Part shown: in pieces, positions 49,465 through 63,480 of the stretch
Position numbering within the stretch: the first letter of the stretch is position 1
Layout: every line of letters starts with the position of its first letter
NCBI RefSeq assembly: GCF_037042905.1
Contig: NC_087252.1
Span: 6,264,001 to 6,328,000, forward strand
Reading direction: 5' to 3'
DNA from: Lytechinus pictus
Taxonomy: Eukaryota
Length of the DNA stretch: 64,000 bases
Translations under genes and position numbers: made by a program
The notes under the pieces: model-generated
What the model saw: only the letters and a program-made list of their open reading frames with translations
Database searches by the model: none
What the model was told of the DNA's origin: nothing

Positions 49465-49712
49465 GTGAGTGAGTGAGTGAGTGAGTGAATGAGTGAGTGA
49501 ATGAGTGAGTGAGTGAGTGAGTGAGTGAGTGAGTGAGTGAGTGAGTGAGTGAGTGAGTGAGTGAGTGAGTGAGTGAGTGAGTGAGTGAGTGAGTGAGTGA
49601 GCATGGTGAGTAAGTGAGTGATTGATTGATTGATTGATTGACTGGTTGGTGTTGGTTGGTTGGTTCGTTCGTTGGTTGGGGGTTGGTTGGTTGGTCATGT
49701 TGGTTGGTTGGT
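49351..49712. repeat. Compound tetranucleotide microsatellite (GATT)n(GAGT)n(GGTT)n
   Basis: Read directly from the sequence. Confidence 0.97.
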
Positions 49713-50016
49713 TTAATGAATGATTTTGTAAATGATCGCGTTTGATATCAAGAAATGAGTCCTCATCAATTGGCCCCTGTCCCGATATGTGTACATTACA
49801 GACAACTGAACCGTTTCATGAAGTTGACCGTCAAGATAATATTAACTTTACAAACAGTTGACATATTGTCTAATAAATATAATTCTGAACCCAGAAACTT
49901 TGCTTTCATTTGACTAACTAAATATATTGTAATATTTTAACAGGCGCAAAGAAAATCCATGTTTCCATCGATAAATACATAAGAGAGAGGGAGGGAGAGG
50001 ATGTGAAGGTGTTTAA

Positions 50017-50611
50017 AGGGGAATCCAACCCAAATAAAAACTTGTTTTTATAAGAAAAAGAAAAATAAGACAAGTTGATAGGTGAAAGTTAGAACAATAC
50101 TGGACAAACAACAAGAAAGTTATGAATTTTTAAAAGTTTTAAATATTGGTAATCACTATACCCATGGATACTTCAAATTGGCCGCATATGGTACGTCATA
50201 GTTATGTAAGGCAAGGACTACTCTTCCATGTACTCCAATACATATTATCGCTAAAATGTAAATTTTCCCAAAAGTTTTATTTCAAATTAGATTTTTCTTT
50301 CATGAGGACATAAAACAATATACTACCTGGATTATATTTAGATTACTGCCCTAGGGGAATGGGTACTTAAGAGAAAACCACAAATCCCTGATAATAAAGT
50401 ACATGGCCTATGGGAAAGTTGTCCTTGCCCCTTGTCATAATTTACTTACCCAGTTGCCAATTGGAAATCTACATACTATTAGTGATCTCAATTTTAAAGC
50501 AGCTATAACTTTCTTATTGCTTGTCCGATTTCTTTCAAACTTTCGCCATTCTGTTTAATTTATTTTTATCCTTCCCAACACAACATTTTATGGCCAAGGC
50601 TGGATTCCCCT
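50017..50611. mobile_element. Kolobok-type non-autonomous element, second family; diverged copy at about 57291-57833
   Basis: Ends TTAA|aggggaatccaacc and ggctggattcccct|TTAA. Confidence 0.8.
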
Positions 50612-50634
50612 TTAAGCATGTTTGTGGTGGGTGT

Positions 50635-50893
50635 GTCACAGCGTGGGTGAGGGTGTGTGTGTGGGTAACGGTTTGTTGGTGTATGAGAGAGAGAGAGTGA
50701 TAAGAGTGCTGGGTATGTGTGCGCATGGATGTGTGTGGGGTGGGAGAGAGAGTGTGTAAAGGTGGACGTCACAGCGTGGGTGAGGGTGTGTGTGTGGGTA
50801 ACGGTTTTTTTGTGTATGAGAGAGAGAGAGTGATGAGAGTGCTGGGTATGTGTGCGCGCGGATGTGTGTGGGGTGGGAGAGAGAGTGTGTAAA
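50635..50893. repeat. Two-copy tandem repeat of about 133 bp, rich in GT/GA
   Basis: gtcacagcgtgggtgagggtgtgtgtgtgggtaacggttt ... ggagagagagtgtgtaaag occurs twice. Confidence 0.85.
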
Positions 50894-53800
50894 GATGGGC
50901 ATGGTATGTTCATGAGGTGTGTGAGACTTGGCGAGACTGCGCGGATGTGCTATTTTGAGTGCAGGTGTACTGTCCATCTCCGATTGTGCTAGTTTGGATC
51001 GTGATCACCTTCATGGGGGGCGCCATATCTAACACCGACGAGTGAAAAAGGGACTCTAATCGACTCGTGCTCCCCCCTATACACACAGCCCTCCCTAATG
51101 CCCCCCCCCCACCCCTCTCTCTCTCTCTCTCTCTTTATATGTCCCTTTTTTTTTTCTTTTTTAGTATCAATTCCTCTCCAGCTTTTATATTTCATTTGCA
51201 GCTTTTCCTCTTACCTTTTATGTGGGTGTTTCGATGTGTGGCTGTGTGCTTTAAATTTGGAGTGGTGCCTATTATGACAGGTGGAGAATAAGTGATATCC
51301 GTCAAACATTTCTTTCTTGGTAGAGTTCTAACAAGTTGTGGTCATATTTTGTAGTGGGGGTATTAGTCTTTAACTGAAAAGCAAAACCAAACCTGTATTT
51401 TTCCTTTATGACTCAAATATATATGATTAGACAGATCGCGGTCACCCCTCTTACGAGTAGAACATGGTAAGAAATGGTCTATTAATATACAGCTGACCAG
51501 CGAAAAAGTTCATATTATGAGGTGTGTTCTGATTCAGTTACGATGGCCAGACAAGATCTTCTTGTTCCAGTTTCAGTTGGTGAATTATATTATTCTGTTC
51601 TTAAACTTTATGAGTGGATTAATTATAAATAAAGGTTAAGTAACATCATTAAGCCTTTCTTTTAATATAGAATTATCCCAATTTGTTGTTTATGTTATTC
51701 CATCAGACGTTATATGTTTATCAAGAGAAAGAGACCTAAGAAATAAGACCTCACTTTTGTTTAGATATTTTTCAAAAAATGTTAAATGTTGTGCATCAAT
51801 CCAATTTTGGACTTATTAGTGGTCCGATCAAATATATCAAGATGTTCTAATGACTGACCTTCAGTCGGTTCGGAGTCGGTCCGGCGCTGTTTTTTTTAGA
51901 GGGGGTTACAGCGTATGGGGAAAAATGAAAAAAAAAAGTGTGAGAGAGCAAAGTGACCGAGTAAAACTATATTTCTTTTAATGCATTAAAAAAAAGATTT
52001 TGGCATTGTTTCGAAGATGTTATTATGTTTCACCCTTTACTCTTTCTTATTTTTTTATTGTTATTTTTTTTTAGTTATGAAAATTTAGGGGGTCCATGGC
52101 CCCCAAGCCCAAGGCCCATCTCAACATCTGTAAGTCAGTGCAAATTAATGAGTGTAAAAAGGTTATAGTGTGAACACGTTCGGTGTTAACCACGTGATCT
52201 GTATCTATTAGCCGAATCACCAATAACAGGAAACTAGTGTCAGCCTTGTGTGTGATGTCATCGCTTCCTTGCCTGAGCTTCAAAACATCCAGCTTTAAAT
52301 GCCGTTAAGTTAAACTGCTCTACAGCATCCTGGCATTAGCACCAAGGAATTAACACCATTCCAAAAATAATTGGCCAGAAAATATCCAGGTCACTCTCTC
52401 CCTCTCTTTTTTTTTCTCTCTCTCTCTCTCTCTCAAGCTGTCAGTACGACTATAAATAAGATAAATCATCAGTTAATTTGTTTGTTTGGGTTTGGTTCTA
52501 TTGTTCTTTCTCAGTTTCGTTGCCAATAATGTCGGGGTCAATAATTTGTTGTTTTTTTCCTGTGGGCTATTTTTGTTGAACATGATTTTCGTTGTTGTTT
52601 TTATATTTCCCGTTGATTTAGCTAATTGTGCTGTGACCTCATTTGTTTTTCTTGAATATTTTGTTGAAGATCATGAAATGGCATGTCCAATAAACGATAT
52701 ATATATTCTACTGTCATTCTGTTAATAAGAAGGGAATCAAATAAAAAAATAAGAAGTTATAGATCTATTTACCAGTTCGTAATAAGCTCTTCCACTAGGG
52801 ACCTCGATCTATTTTCATTTTTATATTTTTATTTTTTAACCAAGGCCGGGGAAAAATTATAATGGATGAATATTTCATTTCTATTTCTTCAAACTTCATC
52901 TTATCTCTAATCAATCTTTAGACTCTTTTCAAGAAATGGATAATCACGAAAGAATCTATCCTTTGCATGATAAAGATAGAACCAGGACACAAAAAACAAG
53001 ATTTAAACGCGATAATCCCTTCCTCCCTCGTTTATCATTATCTTTTATCAGCCTTCGATAAGACACGAGATGCTTTCTCCCGTGATATGGAAAACGCTCT
53101 CTTCACATATACGACGTGAGTAGTGGTATCGTCTGAAACGTGACCGCCCCCCCCCTCCCCCCTTATAAAAAATATGATAATAACAATCATCATCATCGTT
53201 ATCATCATGATAATAATTAAATAATCAGAATAACAATAATGATAATTACAATAGTGATATAATAAATAATATAAATAATATTTTAAAAATGCGTGTGAGC
53301 TTTATTTTCTATATGGCTTAATCATGGAAAACTGAGAATGAGGAAAAATGCGAAGAAGGAGAAGACGAAGAAAAGAAGGAGGAGAAAGAAGAAGTTCATA
53401 TACTAGAAGAAGAAACCGAAAAAGTAGGGAAGAAAGATTAAGGACAAAATATACATTTTTAACAAGAATAACGGGAAAGATGAAGAGAACTGAATATTCA
53501 CAATTAATAACATCAGTAGCCTCTCTATTTATCTTGCTTATTATGTGCTATTCTTATTCAAATCTTTAAATATTTTCTAGATATTTTTTTATATCTTATT
53601 TGAGTTTTGCCGTTTTCAGCGCAACAAAAAAAGAGGGGATGGGCCAGGATATTCAAAGAGGGGATATGACATTCCAAAAGTGGCATAACTTTTCAAGTTG
53701 TCTTTTTCCTTTTTTCTTCTCTCTCTCTTCTCTTCTTGAAAGTCATAGTAGAAGGCTGTCACCCCCTGTAGCCCCCCCCCCCCCCCCCCCCCCCCCGCGG

Positions 53801-54926
53801 CCATGGCGGTGCCTTTGGACTAGAAACATTGCACTTTTCTGTTGGGGCATTTCCTACTTGTTGTCCAAGTAAAAGTCATCATGAAAAGATCTGACTTTGG
53901 ACTGATTTGCCTTTAGATAATTTCCATGTCTTCGAGACACGTGCCAACATGAAAAGTTCATTTTCAAAAGCAGACTGAACTATGTATTCCGGGATGTATT
54001 CAACACATGATCAATATTGTTGTCACATTGCCAATACTTCCGAAGATTGGTATCCTCATTTGGTTAGAATGTAGAGAATAATTAAGTCTAATCTTTTCCG
54101 ATTCGCGTGGTTTTGTATAAAATTCCCTGTTAATTATCATTTTGATCATGCTTATCAGCACGTATGTGTTAAAATGAATGTTAATATACACAAAGAGGTA
54201 GACACGAGTTTGCTAGGCACGTGTATGTGGTCAGTCCTCGCCATTTCTCAAGACTTATGCTTGAGACGGAAAGAGCCGTCAAGAACCGAAAGCTTTTTTT
54301 TAAGATATCAAGGAATAATTACATTTCAAGATAACTGCACATCATAGCAAAAGAACTCTCTAAACGTAAAAGAGCCGCGGCTAAGATAGTTTAGGCAAGG
54401 GGTGCAAAATACAGCAACTATATATATTGCTCAGAAAAAGATAATACGACTTTGCACAATCATTTATCTCATACTGATCAGCGTCGGGAGAGGTGCCAAG
54501 ATTTTCAACACTTTCCATAGAAATGATTGCTTCGTAACTTAATTATACCCTAACAATTAAGGTGAGCTATACCACCCTGGAAACCCCAGATCCCTTGATG
54601 CCATTCCAGAACTAAATTAAATTATTTTTCGTAACTTTCTTAAATGACCTGGTTGTTCCCACAAAGAATAAAAATGCCCCTAGGCCTTATTTTCAATAAT
54701 GGCGGCCAACAAGATGGCCACCAAATAATTATTTTCCTTTCAATACATCATTGCAACCTGTCTGAGCAGTGGGAAATGATATCAGGGTATTGAGTCCTTA
54801 TTTACTCCTCTCTGAGTGAGGTGACGAATCAGTTCTTTTGCCGTGGAGTGAGGATTGCATCTTTATGGAGTGGATTCCACCCTTTTTTCAGTGAGAGTGT
54901 CTAAACAGATGCACAGTTCACTCCAG

Positions 54927-55086
54927 GGGCCCGTTGCATAAAACTTATTACCAAAGAAATCTCAGGTTGTATTTACCGGAGTTTTTGCCCTGTGTTAAAG
55001 TCAATGGCAGAAATCAGACTAACCTTAGTTTTCAGTTTTTACCAGCCGAGAGTTTTCTCATGTAAAAAGTTTCATGCAACATGCCC
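54927..55086. mobile_element. Harbinger MITE with termini resembling the 8.4-kb element
   Basis: Ends CAG|gggcccgttgcataaaactt and aagtttcatgcaacatgccc|CAG. Confidence 0.8.
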
Positions 55087-56262
55087 CAGAAAGAGTTATA
55101 ATGCACTCTATAAAGGTGGAAAGTTCGCTCCAAATGGATTGGAGTGTGTGATGGACTTAATTTGCTCTTTTATATTCACTAGTACAGACGACAACATGGA
55201 CAACAAAAGTGAAACCAATATTTCCTCCGGATATTTTAATATTTCATGTTTTGTTCATTTCCTTTTACTGGAAGCGATAAAAACTTCTTTCCAGCGGACT
55301 TCCTAAACCTAACATCGGAAGAACAGATATTTCAATTAAAATGTATTCGAAGTTAATTGGAGATGCAAACTCTAAGAAATGAAGAACGGACTTGCACTTG
55401 CAGAGCTTGCAGAAGGTGACTGCACTTCGGAGTGATGATTTTCTAGGTCAAAGTTATCAGCACTCCGAAGTGCAGTCAGTACATGGCACTTTATTGTTAA
55501 GAGCATATAGATCAACAGTCTATTTAAGAAAACAAATAGATATCTTTGTTTGACAGACGTCAAAATAAAAAGGAGAGCTTTTTGCGTATGATGAACGGGC
55601 GGGGACAAAAGCGCGTAATTTCTACCTTCTTTATAAAACGTTAATTGTTTTCAGGAGGGCGGAAAATATGGTCTACAATGCTGTATCTAAAAATAAATAC
55701 AGAGTAACAAAAACTTTGTTTATTGTTTTGTTTTGCAATGCTGTTTACTAATTGAATTTAACTACTTGTTTAACAGTTTGTAATAAGTATTTTAAATCTT
55801 AAACGAAGAAGTTGAATACTTAATCTTCAATAAAATAAACGTGTTTAAATTTTTTTTATGTTTAAAATTTTAAACTGGTGTTTAAAATCTGAAACAAAAA
55901 AATCATAATCTTCAATATTATCATGGACCTTATTAAGCTATTTTACTGATAGACAACTACTGTAGAGGTCATACAGTTAATAACGTTGTATAAAATTTAA
56001 ACAAGAATTTGTTTGCTTTCCATGTGATATTGTAAATTGTAAAATACAAAAGATTGAATGTGTGGTACCGGATTCTTTGATTACATGCCGCCAACGATGT
56101 GCATAATCACTGTTATGTGAAAATATGCATTGGACGTTTATGTACTTTTATTTCAGTATTGAATAACAATGTGATGTAACTTTCTTGTTTTGCATCTAAT
56201 TTCGAAGAATGCTTTAATGTTATCTGATTATGCTTGTTTGCAGCTGCTGATGTGCATTTTGT

Positions 56263-56965
56263 TTGGTCTCGCCTCACGAATTTCGGCAGAGACCTTGTAA
56301 TCACTTTTCCTGTTAGTCTGTTCGAAGATGTTACAGTTTTTGTTCAACTTGCTCCCATTTCTTTATTTCTGCATCAATTATGTTCATGCGTTGTACGTAT
56401 GATCCTTGGGTAATACCACATGTGAGCCCATGAAAATGATTGGGTCAAAGGTCATTTAGGGGTCAAAATGTCAAATGATATAAGGTCATTTTAATCCTTT
56501 TTTGAAGGTTCTGTTCAATTTGCATTCATTTCTTCATTTCTGAATCAATTATGTTCCCACTTGGTACAAATGATCCTTGTGTAATACCAAGTGTACTTTC
56601 TTCTGGATAATGAGGTCAAATGTCATCTAGGGGTCAAAAGGTCAAGTTTTTGTTCAAACTGCTCTCATTTCTTTATTTCCGTATCAATTTTGTTTGCATT
56701 TGGTACAAATGATCCTTTGGTAATACCACATGTGTGTCCATGAGGACGATGGGGTCAGAGGTCATCTAGGGGTCAAAATGTCAACTTTCTCTTATTTCTA
56801 TATTTATACATCAATTTTGTTCACACTTGTTAGAAACTATCTTTGGATATTACCAAACGTGTTTTCTTGAGAATGATAAGGTCATCTAGGGATCAAAATA
56901 TCATATTGCATATTTTATTGATTGCGAAATCAGGCGAGGCTCATGGTGTCGTGATCCATCTTGTT
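56263..56965 (+). mobile_element. Helentron-like (HINE) element, second family
   Basis: Subterminal inverted repeat gtctcgcct / aggcgaggc, tandem units containing ggtcatctaggggtcaaa, 3' hairpin atgg...ccat, then cttgTTTTT. Confidence 0.65.
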
Positions 56966-59900
56966 TTTGCCTGAAATCATAATTGAAGTTGGTAATTTTG
57001 AAATATGGTAAATGTTAGAGTATAAAGAAATTACATTCCTTTGGAAGATGTATTTCATATCAAAATTGCATTCTTTAACAATAAAGACGTTGATGATTTT
57101 ATCAACAGACATATTATCCAATTTCATCTTAATTGATATAAAACAAATAATGCACATAACTAAGCCGAACTATAGTAATTATGTCTGTCGTTACCATCGG
57201 GCAGTTAATCTCTTCGAATGCCCTGATGTGTATAATTTTCCGACACACGTACTCGCACATGCCCTAACACAGAGTAAAAACGCTCTTTCAAGGGGAACCC
57301 AACCCAAATAAAAACTTGCTTTTAGAGAAAACAGGAAAATCAGACAACTTGATAGCTGAAAAATTGAACAATATTCGGACAAACAATAAGAAAGTTATGG
57401 ATTTTGTTATAGTTGTGAATATTGGTAATCACTATACCCATGGAGACTTCAAATTGGCCACAGATTTGATGTCATAGTGATGTAGGGCAAGGACTACTCT
57501 TCCATGTACTCCATGCATAAAATGGCTAAAATTACTTTTTTTTCAAACGTTTTACTTCAAATTAAAATGTTCTTTCATGAGGACATAAAAAAATATACTA
57601 CCTAGGTTATATTTAGATTACAGCCTCAGGGCAATGGGAGAAAACCACAAATCACTGATAATAAAGTACTAGGAATATGGGAAAGTTGTCCTTGCCCTTG
57701 TCATAATTTACTTACCCAGTTGCCAATTTGAAATCTACATAGGGATCTCAATTTTAAAACAGCCATAACTTTCTTATTGCTTTTTTTTCTCCTTTTGAAC
57801 ACAACATAAAACGACCAAAGCTAAATTCTCCTTTTAATGTGTTTTGTACAATGTAGTTTATTAAATGAACTTTACAGTGCCGGTAGTTTAACTGTTTAAA
57901 TAAGTATTTAGAATCTTGGTTTATAACCAAAATTAAATTGTGCTGTAAAGTTTAGCAGCGTCAACCATTTCAAAAGACGTTTTCACTGTTTAAAAAAAAA
58001 TGTTTAACCTGTTCACAGAGATGTACGTGTCCTTACATTCTACAGGTTAAAGCTATCTAATTCACCTTGACTGGGGTGTATAAACACGTCATTGTCATGT
58101 GACTTGTTTTCAAAGAACAATGGATGTTTCTGAAGTGTGTGGGTTTCCGTAATGGCTTGTTTTCCCTCGCCGTCACATCCTCTCCCCTTTATTAACATAA
58201 TAAACAACATAAAAAGTTCTTTAGCTTTCTGAGTCAACCTGGATTTCAAAGACATTTTTCCATGAACATTATTTAACAATTTAATATGAGGATAAGATAT
58301 CATCATGTAGTTGATATATCAATTATCAAATCGGTGAATAATTGCTGCATGATTTTCTTTGTCTCATTTCATACAAGTACTCTGCAACTGGTTAATGAAA
58401 AATGTTTAAAATATAAACCCAACAAGGGCCCGTTGCAGAAAAGTTTGTATTTGATTTTTTTACTCTTTTAATTTTTGTTAGCTTTCAAGAATCTTGTCAA
58501 AGCTTTTCTTTTGATGCATTTTTGTTTGTTTCTTTTTGTTTTCTTCTTTTTGTGTGCTTATTAATATTTGAAATGCGAAATTTTTTGTTTATTTTTTCTT
58601 CATTCCTGTGTGGGTTTGGTTCTTTGTTTTCTTATTTTGTGTGTCTGCCGAAAAGATGTCAATACTGTGTAATATGGTTGTTTTTTTCTGTGTGCAAGTG
58701 TGTTTTTTGCCGGTTTTTTTTTTTTTGGGGGGGGGGTTCCTGCTTTAATTCTTTTGAGTTTGTATTCATTCTCCTTCGGACATTAAACTTTCAAGGTGTA
58801 CGACCTGTGTACTTGATCGACGTCAACCTTAAACAACATATTGTTTTTCTTTGTCGTTGACCTATGAACGTGATAAAAAATACCATCTTTTATCAGAAAC
58901 ACGACGTCGTTTGATTTCTCGTGAGCAGGTGCAATGTCGATAGCATTGTTTATTCTATAATCAGATAACTTAACATATAAATGTATATTGGCGGATCAGA
59001 GTATAAACATTCTGGTAGGGGAGCTACCCCAGTCCCCAAACTGAATTATAAGTAATCAATTAATTAATTAATTAATTGATTAATCATTAATAATAATGAT
59101 ACTTGTAATATAATAATAATAATGTTAATGATGATGATAATAATGAATTAGGAAATAATTTTATTTGAATTTTCATAAAACATTTACCAACATAACACCC
59201 TTTGAATTTCCTTTAATATCTGGCCGATGCATTTAGGGACTATAAGCATTTACAGAATTGAATATGCATTTGAAAAAAATTGTTTCCTTCCAAACAATAC
59301 ACCACGTTGAAAATTCAGACCCTTTCACGATGACCTTATAGGTCCAAATATGGTGGGTACTTTAGACCATGGACCTATAGGTCCATGTTTAGACGAACCA
59401 CGTGTGAATAAGAATCGGCCTTAGTATGTGATATTGGAACGAGGAGTATTGAAACTAAAGGAGAATACAGGAATAAGAACACAACAGCAATAAAGACAAG
59501 AACACAATATCAGAAGCAATAACATATACCTCACAGTCCTATCCGATCGACACACTCGACGCATCTCGAAGGTTTAAGGGGTATATTCGATCCAATCGAG
59601 TTTCAAATCCTACACCCCCACCCTCATTTTTACCACATTAATTCGTCTACAAGTAGATTGAGACTCACGTTCTGTATTGTGTACAAGGTATAATGGAATA
59701 GATTAATCTAGTTCCAAACCGCCCCCCCCCCCCTTGCAATTGTAGTTCTTGCTTTTTTGTTCTTTTTAAGTATTCTTTTATTGCTTCTTCCAGGGAATAC
59801 AAACATAAACTGGCTTCATAAATTTCATAATTTCATAAATGATAGATCATAATAAGTTCATAAATAATAAATCAAGGTACCAGTAAAAAGGTAATTATAA

Positions 59901-60982
59901 ACATATACATAAATTAATAAATCAATCCATTCATTTTCCAATTCACTGAAAGAAATTAAAAAGTATAATACAGAAAAAAGGATAATAAACACACCCGCAC
60001 AGCCTACACACAAAAAAATTATAAATCCTTGTCCTTCAGGTCCCCTCCTTCCCTACCCCCTCCCCGGGCCCCACCATAAGCTGCCTCCCCTCCCAACCCC
60101 CATGACCCAGGTCATGTGATGCAAACACAATCCATATCATGTTCTGACCCCCATCCCCTTCCCAGGTAGAACCATCCCCACCCCCTCAGGCAGTTTCTAA
60201 TCCAGAGAAAGGTGTGACAAAAATAGCCTACCGTGTTCTCAATCATGTTTTCCTACCCCAACCCTTCCCGGTTTGTCTCCCCTACAGTCCCCCCCCCCCC
60301 CATCAAGGCATAGATAATTTTGATCGTGTTCTAAATCAACCCCCCCCTCTGCCGTCACGACCTGCCCCCCCCCCCCCGCAGTATCCCCGATCTAGACATA
60401 GGTGTAACAAAATATTTTCGATCGTGTTCTAACCTCCCCCCCCCCCCCCGCCATAATCGAGCTGTCCCACACTTCCTCTCACTCCAGACATAACGGTAAA
60501 AAAAAGTAGTTAAATTGTAATCGCCTTCCCGATTACCACCCCCCCCCCTCCCCATATCGGGCTGTATCCCTCGCAGTTCCTCTCACTCCAGACATAGGTG
60601 TAAAAGGTAGTTAAATTTTGATCTTGCTCTAAATCCGTCAAATGATTCACGCTCATGAGCTGAGGCATCAGATTAGCCGATTTAAAGCCAACAGGAGGTT
60701 TAAGGCTCATGTTAAATCAGAAAATTTATATTTCTTGGTTTAATAAAGAAAGGGATACTGTCGTACACCCTATGTACCTGTGGCAAAGGCATAATAAGCC
60801 GGGGAGAAAATAATGAGGGGCCAGACGTCGCAGTGTGTGGGGCAAAATTTCTTTAAAAGCGGAGAATGAGCGAGGCGAGGTAGCATTTTTTTTTACTTTT
60901 CGATATAAAAATAAAATTTTGTGACAGATTTTAACATGAAATATGCAAAATTTCACCCCTATTACTTAACTTACCTTTCCTA

Positions 60983-61391
60983 CACTCTAAAAACAAATTA
61001 GTCAAAAATGAAGGAGAAATCCACCCCAACAAAAAGTTTATTTGAATCAAAAATGAAATATCAAACAAGCATAACACTGAAATTTGCATGTCACTGATTT
61101 GTGCATATATAAATGTTTTGTGAAAAATATGCGAAACTTCAAAATGTCATAACTTTCCTACTTGACTTCTCCCTATTGATTCAAAACATTTTTTTTCTGG
61201 GATGGACTTGACCTTTAATAGGGACAGCTAGGTGCAACTGTTATTCTAGTCATATTTGACTATCTTTTACTTGTATTTTACTAGAATAGAGTTATTTCTA
61301 ACAATAATATATGTCAGAAATGTGACTGGCATATCAGTTGCACCCAGCTGACTACTTGTCTAGTCAATTTGACTGATTTGCTTTAAGAGTG
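60983..61391. mobile_element. CACT-terminus MITE containing a nested, deleted Kolobok-type element (about 61011-61215)
   Basis: Ends TA|cactctaaaaacaaattagtcaaaa and ttttgactgatttgctttaagagtg|TA. The inner aggagaaatccacccc ... ggatggacttgacct|TTAA matches the 40007 family. Confidence 0.65.
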
Positions 61392-62361
61392 TATTCTCTT
61401 TTTCCTCGGTTGTAAACCTTTTGGGGCAATTGCCCCCCCCCCCCCCATGCATGTGAACGCCAGTTACCTGTAGTATTTTTTAATCCATACATGCAGGAGT
61501 ACAAGAGGCATGGCATAGGAATTTGGCTTAAAAGTGAACACCCCCCCCCCCATTCCTCACGGTATGGGTATGGGCTCCACCCCTGAAAGTAACAATGATT
61601 ATTTTCTTGGGGGCATGTCTGTGTAGTGACTTCCACTGAGGACAACTAGTCCTTGGACGTAGTTTGTTTCATTTATTTTCGATTAAAATTACCTGAAAGG
61701 GATTAAAATCAAAGTTTAATGTCCTAATTGAACCTGATAAATAGTAGCACTTAATGTTTGTCAAAATAGATATATTATATTTCATTTATTGATCTGAATG
61801 GTTTGACATACTGACATAATGCATTTGTTCATGAACATTCCATGGTTGATTAATAATAAGAGAATCATTCTCGACTATCATTTTTAAACTAAATGTAAAT
61901 GTAAGTCCAAGGATTAGGTGTTTGTGGAATGATAGGATTAACATCATGTGAATAGTCTCTAATTCTTGGCCAATTGACTTCTTTAAAAAATAAATGAATT
62001 TGTATTCATCACTCGTATTGCCAGAAAATAATTTTATCACTCGTATATAGACCTAAATAGCATATACGACATACCGCTCCTCTTTAAAACAGGATATATG
62101 TGTCGGTTGCTGTATATCTAGGCCCTTTTGCTAATAGTTATAATTGGCAATGTGTGCTTGCCAGAGGTTTGCCAGACAAAGTGACAGTAAAATACATAGA
62201 TCACAATAAAGAATGCATTTTGGAATTGAAAATGACATATGTAGTATATACCATTAAAAACAACCTCGCCAGAATTTATCGTAGAAACAATTGAGTACTG
62301 TGGTGGGTCGGTATAGGAGAACAAGGGGGCGGGCTCCGGTGTTCCGGGCCTTCATACCCTT

Positions 62362-63480
62362 ATTTTTAGATTGTTTAAAGGTTAAACAGTTATGGAAGGA
62401 GGTCATCAAAAAGCTTCATTTAAAGGAAGTTAGGATTGATGATTGGAAAACAATTTTCATCGGTCTATCTGGTAAATGTGTGAGAATACATGCAATAAAC
62501 TGTATAATCTTTCTGCTAAAACATATAATTTTTATTTCTAGAGGAAAGGGCGAGCTACCATCCGTACAAAGAACAACAGATATGAACAGAAACGAAGAAT
62601 ATAATATAGCCAAGAAAACAGGGAATTTGGGAGTACACTTAAGAAAATGGGAACAAATTGGTGCATTTCTTTGACTTTTCATTTATCGTATTCTATTTTA
62701 TTTTATTTTATTCCTTTTTTCAATGATACAAAGTTACAGATCGACAGACCGGAACGGATGTGCTACCTGTTGTATGATGTGTGTGCGTGAGGGTTTTTGT
62801 GTGCGTGTTTTTTTTTTTTTTTTTGGGGGGGGGGGTTGTATGTTTGTGTGGTAGAGAGTGTGGGGTGCGTGGGTGAGTGAAAGATTATTATGTAACCTTC
62901 CTCTTAAGGATCATAGAGTTTCATGAAAAAAGTAGTTTATTTGATTTGACATAATTTTGATATTAACATGATATAAATATTGAGGTAGTTTTATTCTATA
63001 TTATGTACTTTTTTGGGGGAAAAAATTATAAGAGTTTTCATATTTAAAAAAAATATATATATATATATATTCGGGTTAAAACTTTACGGTTTGAAGAAAT
63101 TGTACAGTTATATTGATTTGAGATAATTTTGATATGAATTTATATGCTCTTATTGTATTTTTTTAAATTTTATATGAGATACTTAGTTTGTGAATAACTT
63201 GTTTTGCGATATTTGGAATTTTGTCGATTGATATGGGTTTTTTCCCTTTGCTTTCACATTGTTATAGAAGAGAAATTTGGCAGTTTAATTTCATTTGTAA
63301 TCATTTAAAAATATTTGTAATCTCATTGATATTGATATATTTATTTGTTTGATTGTTTATTGATTGTATACATGCAAAGAATCTTTATTTATATGAATTG
63401 TGATTGTAAACTTATTGATTTGAAAGAGGAAGAAAATAAAATATTATTCAAAACAAAAAAAAAATCATTAAAAAAAAAAA
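62362..63480 (+). mobile_element. 5'-truncated L1/Tx1-clade LINE (ORF2 C-terminus, 3' UTR and poly-A)
   Basis: LFLDCLKVKQLWKEV...IFIG...INCIIFLLKHIIFISR...EEYNIAKKTGNLGVHLRKWEQI* is a typical Tx1/L1 ORF2 tail after the (H)LFxxC knuckle. AATAAA and an A-rich tail at about 63436-63480. ACCCTT flanks both sides (62356-62361 and 63481-63486) as a candidate TSD. Confidence 0.8.

Noticed and set aside
45550..50977. Poly-Ile/Leu/Thr/Asp, THSL/NQSI and His/Thr-rich ORFs
   Set aside because: Translations of microsatellites and low-complexity tracts.
51000..60900. Search for further HYR exons or a second host gene
   Set aside because: No exon with a recognisable domain was seen on either strand. The region is MITEs, low-complexity tracts and AT-rich DNA, although short exons could have been missed.
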